From: Octopus sinensis
Lineage: Eukaryota
Length of the DNA stretch: 64,000 nucleotides
Direction of reading: 5' to 3'
Assembly (NCBI RefSeq): GCF_006345805.1
Contig: NC_043005.1
Coordinates: 81,034,001-81,098,000 of the forward strand
Position numbers and translations under genes: made by a program. Positions 57,943 to 64,000 of the stretch are shown here, in pieces; within the stretch, counting starts at the first letter, position 1, and the number at the start of each line of letters is the position of its first letter. Below the pieces are notes generated by a model. The model saw only the letters and a program-made list of their open reading frames with translations. It did not search any database and was not told where the DNA came from.

Positions 57943-58622
57943 TCTCTTTACTTGATTCAGTCAATTGACTGCGGCCATGCTGGAGCACCGCCTTTAAGCG
58001 AGCAAATCGCCCCCAGGACTTATTCTTTTGAAGCCTAGTACTTATTCTATCGGTCTCGTTTGCCGAACCACTAATTACGGGAACCTAAACACCCAGCATC
58101 GATTATCAAGCGATATTGGGGCGGGGGGACAAACACAGATACACACACACGCTCACACACACACATATATATGTATATATATATATGAAGAATCTGTCAC
58201 GTGATCGTTACCTGAAATATTCTCACTCCTTATAGGCGCAGTAGTGGCTGTGGGGTAAGAAGCTTGCTTATCAACCACATGGTTCCGGGTTCAGTCCCAC
58301 TGCGTGGCACCTTGGTAAAGTGTTTTCTACTATAGCTACGGTTCGGCCAAAACCATGTGAGAGGATTTGGTTGACAGAAACTCAAAGAAGACTGTCGCAT
58401 ATATGTATATATATATATGTCGCATATATGTATATATATATATATATATACATATATACGACAGTCTTCTTTGAGTTTCTGTCAACCAAATCCTCTCACA
58501 TGGTTTTGGTCGAACCGTAGCTATAGTAGAAAACACTTTACCAAGGTGCCACGCAGTGGGACTGAACCCGGAACCATGTGGTTGATAAGCAAGCTTCTTA
58601 CCCCACAGCCACTACTGCGCCT
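57943..58622 (-). mobile_element. CORE-like SINE with an inverted duplication inserted in its internal (AT)n
   Basis: 3' half 57943-58185, 5' half 58459-58622. Confidence 0.9.
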
Positions 58623-58670
58623 ATAAGGAGTGAGAATATTTCAGGTAACGATCACGTGACAGATTCTTCA
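58186..58670. repeat. 485-bp palindrome (212-bp arms, AT-rich centre)
   Basis: 58186-58397 is the reverse complement of 58459-58670 with one substitution (CGGCC versus CGACC). Confidence 0.97.
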
Positions 58671-60364
58671 AGCGGTAGTCAACCGAAAGTAGATCTAAGG
58701 TTAGATATAGAATGCTATAGTTTCACGATATCTATAGTCATAGTTGGTCACGCTTGAAAATTCAATTGGAAATTGTAATTATGATTGGTTTTGATTGAGT
58801 CCTTGCAGAAGAGTTAGTGGACGCTCTCTTCACGACCCCCCAAGTTATATTGTTCGGAGAAAATGGAAAAATAGATGACCTGCCGCAAGATTTCGAAGAA
58901 AGTTTCTGAAACAGAGTCGTATATCCTATAGTTTGCTGTTTCTATGTTCAACTTGATTTCTGTTAGCCTATCATTCAGAAAAAGGGAAGTCTTACAGAAA
59001 ATTCAAGAAAATTGGCGCTTATAAAAGGATGAGAGTTGTAGCAACTTCCCGAATGTTAGCAGTCATAGACATGATTTTGTGGTGATATAGTTCACTTCGC
59101 AGCCGCATGGATTCGTGTTCATTCACACTCGGCACCTTTAACAAGCATTTTCTACTGCAGATCCTGGACAGCCAATGCATTTCAGTAAAATTGATGGACG
59201 GAAAACGCGGAGGATTTGTTGAATACGTACACCAGGCACTCTCACGCACACACATTCACAAGGACTCATACCTGCTTGTCTGTTAGTGTGTGTGTGTGTG
59301 TGTGTGTGTGCGCACGTTTTATAGTCTTTCTTCCTCTACCAATTCGCAACGAAGTTGGCTTGTTTATATCACTGCAGAACGTTCGGCACAAACCAAATAC
59401 CAAAGGGCAAAAAAAAAAAAAAAACTCAAGTACACGCTAGAACGAATTTATTCGACTAACTCCTTCAAAAGCTTGTCACACCATCGTATTTCAGCGACTA
59501 ATAGCACTAAGAGAATAAAATAATGAACTATAAAAGACTATACATAATTCATATTGATACATCCTCAGGGTCTTTTCCTTTCAAATACATGACGCTGTTT
59601 CATAAAACTAATTGAATTTGAATGATATTTCAAGTACACATATATGAAGTAGAGTTTCTCTAAATTGATTCATTGTCTATTTATTGCCGTATTATTTCTA
59701 TATATTCGTTTGTGTCTTGTCTTTTGTTTTATATTGGACGTAAATATTTATATCTAAGATAAATGCTTCGCTTCGCTTTCCTTATCTGAAAATGGTTATT
59801 GGTGAATCTCTCTTTAATTGCAGAAATTTTGCTCCAAGATCAGAAACCTAAAACGCGGAATTGCATAGTTTGAATTAATAGTTTTAATTATATATACATA
59901 CTTACACACACATACACACACACCCAAACACACTGCCATACACGCACGCACACACACTCACACACACACACGCACTTGCGTATCTATGAGCATAGAAATC
60001 TATGTATTGGTTTGTCTGTTTACATATGTATGCACATACGTATATCTACCCACAAGAATAAAGAGTGTATGTGCGTGTGTTTGAGTGTGTGTGTGTGTGT
60101 ATGTGTGTGTGTGTGTCTGTGTGTATGTATTAGCGAGAGAGAGAGAGAGAGAGAGACAGATGCAGACTTACAGACAGACAGACAGACAGACTGGAGTATG
60201 ATAGTCTGAGAAACAGACAGAAATCTTATAACGAAATTTATTAAATTTTTTTTAAGCTTGTAGGAAAAATATTTTCTATACGTCATATTTAATACTTCTC
60301 TTTTTTTTTTGGCGAAGCTCAACATTTTCACCAATCGTCCATCGCAATATTATTATTATTATTA

Positions 60365-60426
<62 letters not shown>

Positions 60427-60745
60427 GCAACAACATCAACAGCGATCATTATCATCATCATCATCATACAATATTCGAAGAAACACAAACTGCATCAACA
60501 ACTGTGTGAAAAACTGCTTATCTTCATCTTACTTTTTCAAATAAGAGAATATTAGTAATACTAAGATTTTCATTACTAAAAGTGGACAGTGTACTAGCTA
60601 CGTTTTATTATTATTATCATTATTATTATTATTATTATTATTCAGTAGTTTTATTTTTATTTCTATAGCGTGCTTTCACTTCACTACCGAGCGCAGCTCT
60701 GTGTGCCTTGGGTATGTGCTGTGATTTGTTGTGATGCTCTGATGG

Positions 60746-61561
60746 TTATTGTATGGAAAGTGTTCTGCGTAGGATGTGTGCAGTGCCTAGTAGTGCAATT
60801 TTCTGTATGTTGTATGTGTTTGTAAGTCCTGGTGTTTTTGTTATGTATTTGTCTGAATATTTTTTTATCATGCCTAATGCACCTACTATGATAGGAATTG
60901 TTTCTGTTTTCAGATTCCACATTCTAGTTACCTCTATTTCCAGGTCTTTGTATTTTGAGAGTTTCTCCATTTCTTTTAGAGACACGTTGTCAACTGCCGG
61001 TACTGATACATCAATTAGAAAGCATTTTTTTTCTTCATGGTCTCTGACAACTATATCTGGTCTGTTGGCCTTAATTTCTCTATCTGTGTGTATCGGCATA
61101 TCCCAGAGTATGGTTGCTTTCTCGTTTTCTGTGACCTTTTCTGGTGTGTGCCTATACCATCTTTTTTCTGTTGTTATTCCATAATGTTGGCATAGCTTCC
61201 AATGTATGTAAGTTCCAACTCTGTCATGTCTGTGAATATATTCCTTCTTAGCCAGGACTGGGCAGCTAGAGATAATATGATTTATTGTTTCTTGTCCATC
61301 TCCACATATTCTGCAGTTACTTGTAATATTTCTTTTCATTACATGTCTTTGGTAATTTCTGGTGGGGAGACTTTGGTCTTGTGCTGCAATTAAAAATCCC
61401 TCTGTTTCTGCTTTGAGTCCTGAGCTTCTCAACCATTGCTGGGATTTTTCTTTGTCTATTTCTTTTGCGTTTAGTTTAATCCAGTATTTACCATGAAGGG
61501 GCTTTTCTTGCCATCGTTTTATCATGGTTCGCTGCTGTTCTATTTTTAGTTTGGATTTCAT
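60746..61561 (-). CDS. Dong/R4 ORF C-terminus: CCHC finger plus PD-(D/E)xK endonuclease
   Basis: ORF track 271 aa; joined to 61488-62048 by a frameshift in an A-run at ~61560. Confidence 0.9.
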   Translation of the reverse strand: MKSKLKIEQQRTMIKRWQEKPLHGKYWIKLNAKEIDKEKSQQWLRSSGLKAETEGFLIAAQDQSLPTRNYQRHVMKRNITSNCRICGDGQETINHIISSCPVLAKKEYIHRHDRVGTYIHWKLCQHYGITTEKRWYRHTPEKVTENEKATILWDMPIHTDREIKANRPDIVVRDHEEKKCFLIDVSVPAVDNVSLKEMEKLSKYKDLEIEVTRMWNLKTETIPIIVGALGMIKKYSDKYITKTPGLTNTYNIQKIALLGTAHILRRTLSIQ

Positions 61562-62048
61562 TTTTTCTTATAGCTTTTGTTTTTTCTTCATCTTCTTCTT
61601 CTTCTTCATGTTTATTAGGTGGTATGATTTCTTGTTTGTATTTGTCAGCTTCCTTAAATACTGAGAACAATTTTTTGTTTTGCTCGTGTTTTGCCGCTAT
61701 CTGGATCAGTTTTCCTTCCTTCTGAAGTAGATATTTTTGCAGTCCTATGGTGGTTATTTTATAGTAGTTTTCCAGCTGTATAAGGCCTCTACCACCTTCT
61801 ATACGTTGTATATATAGTCTTTCTATGTCAGATTTTGGGTGATGCATCCTAGATCCTGTCATTATTTTTCTTGTTTTCCTGTCTATTTTGGTCAGTTCAT
61901 TTCGTGTCCAGTTAAGGATATTGTAGCTGTAACTTATAACTGGGACAGCTAAAGTGTTGATACCTATTATCTTGTTTTTAGCATTGAGCTCTGTGTTTAG
62001 TATTGATCTAACTCGTCTATAATATTCTTTTTTTATTTTCTCTTTCAT
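61488..62048 (-). CDS. Dong/R4 ORF, RT thumb/linker region
   Basis: ORF track: LNAKNKIIGINTLAVPV, DRKTRK, HHPKSDIERLY..GGRGL. Confidence 0.88.
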   Translation of the reverse strand: MKEKIKKEYYRRVRSILNTELNAKNKIIGINTLAVPVISYSYNILNWTRNELTKIDRKTRKIMTGSRMHHPKSDIERLYIQRIEGGRGLIQLENYYKITTIGLQKYLLQKEGKLIQIAAKHEQNKKLFSVFKEADKYKQEIIPPNKHEEEEEDEEKTKAIRKNEIQTKNRTAANHDKTMARKAPSW

Positions 62049-62071
62049 TTGTGTGTGTTGTGTCTTATCTA

Positions 62072-62125
<54 letters not shown>

Positions 62126-62134
62126 ATTATTATT

Positions 62135-64000
62135 CAGTAGTTTTATTTTTATAGCGTGCTCTCACTTCACCACCGAGCGCAGCTCTGTGTGCCTTGGGTA
62201 TGTGCTGTGATTTGTTGTGATGCTCTGATGGTTATTGTATGGAAAGTGTTCTGCGTAGGATGTGTGCAGTGCCTAGTAGTGCAATTTTCTGTATGTTATA
62301 TGTGTTTGTAAGTCCTGGTGTTTTTGTTATGTATTTGTCTGAATATTTTTTATCATGCCTAATGTACCTCCTATGATAGTAATTGTTTCTGTTTAAAGAT
62401 TCCACATTCTTGTTACCTCTATTTCCAGGTCTTTATATTTTGAGAGTTTCTCCATTTCTTTTAGAGACACGTTGTCATCTGCCGGTATTGATACATCAAT
62501 TAGAAAGCATTTTTTTTTCTTCATGTCTCTGACAACTATATCTGGTCTCTTGGCCTTAATTTCTCTATCTGTGTGCATCATACTCTGGGATATTGGCATA
62601 TCCCAGACTATGATTGCTTTCTCTTTTCTGTGACCTTTTCTGGTGTGTGCCTATACCATCTTTTTTCTGTTGTTATTCCATAATGTTGGCATAGCTTCCA
62701 ATGTATGTAGGTTCCAACTCTGTCATGTCTGTGAATATATTCCTTCTTAGACAGGACTGGGCAGCTAGAGATAATATGATTCATTGTTTCTTGTCCATCT
62801 CCACATATTCTGCAGTTACTTGTTATATTTCTTTTCATTACATGTTTTTGGTAATTTCTGGTGGGGAGGCTTTGGACTTGAGCTGCAATTAAAAATCCCT
62901 CTGTTTCTGCTTTGAGTCCTGAGCTTCTCAACCATTGCTGGGATTTTTCTTTGTCTATTTCTTTTGCGTTTAGTTTAATCCAGTATTTACCATGAAGGGG
63001 CTTTTCTTGCCATCGTTTTATCATGGTTCGTTGCTGTTCTATTTTTAGTTTGGATTTCATTTTTTTATGCTTTTGTTGTTTCGTTCTTCTTTCATCCACT
63101 TCTTTCTTCTTCTTCTTCTTCTTTCTTCTTCTTCTTCTTCTTCTTCTCTTCTTCTGCTTCTTCTTCTTCTTCTTTTCTGTCTTCTGTCTTCTTTCTTCTT
63201 CCTTCTTCTCTGTCTTCTTCTTTCTCTTCTTCTTCTTCTTCTTCTTCTTCTTCTTCTTCTCTCTTCTTCTTCTTCTTCTTCTCTTCAGTTTTTGTTTTGC
63301 TCGTGTTTTGGCCGCTATGTGTATTTTTTCCTTCCTTCTGAGTAGATATTTTTTTTGCAGTCCTATGGTGGTTATTTTATAGTAGTTTTCCAGCTCTATA
63401 AGGCCTCTACCACTTCTATATGTTGTATCTATATAATAGTCTTTCTATGTCAGATTTTGGTATGCATCCTAGATCCTGTCATTATTTTTCTTGTTTTCCT
63501 ATCTATTTTGGTCATTTCATTTAGTGTCCAGTTAAGGATATTGTAGCTGTAACTTATAACTGGGACAGCTAAAGTGTTAATACCTATTATCTTGTTTTTA
63601 GCATTGAGCTCTGTTTTTAGTATTGATTTAACTGCGTCTATAATATTCTTTTTTATTTATTTTCTCTTTCATTTGTGTGTGTTGTGTCTTATCTAGTTCA
63701 TGGATTCCTAAGTATTTGTAAGTTTGGCTTTGGTCTAATTCTTTTATTTCATTGGTTTTATCTAGTGTGATGTTGCTACTCTTAACTAGTTTTTCCTCTT
63801 TTCATGGTTCGACTTTTGTGCATTTTTCTATCCAATTTCATATCTATTTCTTTGGTAATCCATAAACTGTAATAGTGTTTCCAGCTGTTTGTCATTTGCA
63901 GCGTATTTTTTAGGTCATCCATATATAAAAGGTGTCTGATCGTTTTGCCGTAACATTTATATCCGATCCAGTTCTGTTTAGCATATCAGATAGAGGTGAC
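62135..64000 (-). mobile_element. Second R4/Dong copy in tandem, running off the window end; frameshifted
   Basis: Highly similar to 60643-62074; RT HLLYMDDLK at ~63934-63908; expanded GAA-rich tract at ~63095-63290. Confidence 0.95.

Larger units (their letters stand above)
57590..58870 (+). mobile_element. Old RTE-clade (Rex3/Expander-like) LINE 3' relic interrupted by a SINE
   Basis: ELDARI..., SVLISIITYG, ESLQVELIVPCIERS..W.YG before the SINE; SWSRLKI.LE after it. Confidence 0.6.
60643..62074 (-). mobile_element. 5'-truncated R4/Dong-clade non-LTR retrotransposon in (TAA)n
   Basis: GGRGL, CCHC finger CRICGDGQETINHIISSC, RHD, restriction-like endonuclease RPDIV..IDVSVP..KLSKY; (TAA)n on both sides; ~100-bp 3' UTR. 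Confidence 0.95.

Noticed and set aside
60753-61393. Plus-strand ORFs over the Dong element
   Set aside because: Antisense shadows of the retrotransposon ORF.

Overview
AT-rich, microsatellite-saturated eukaryotic DNA, most likely from an octopus (inferred from the tRNA-derived SINE families and the repeat landscape). I find no intact host protein-coding gene; nearly all short ORFs in the track are translations of simple repeats. Clear mobile DNA: a 5'-truncated CR1-group LINE with target-site duplication (TSD), two tandem R4/Dong-clade LINEs in (TAA)n plus older relics, a Neptune-type Penelope element (RT plus GIY-YIG), an RTE relic, a Tc1/mariner relic with a 44-bp minisatellite, mariner and hAT MITEs, a non-autonomous Helitron and many SINEs. 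Three things are not explained by the ORF track. (1) Manual translation across stops and frameshifts suggests a decayed cluster of Toll-pathway genes: two head-to-head TIR/death-domain-like pseudogenes, tandem Spaetzle-like cystine-knot relics and two or three single-exon Toll-like receptor relics. These are by-eye motif matches and need profile searches. (2) Inverted duplications share the architecture (AT)n-inverted copy-(AT)n-original (4.3 kb and 0.49 kb). (3) Minimal type-I hammerhead ribozyme motifs occur in short repeat fragments.
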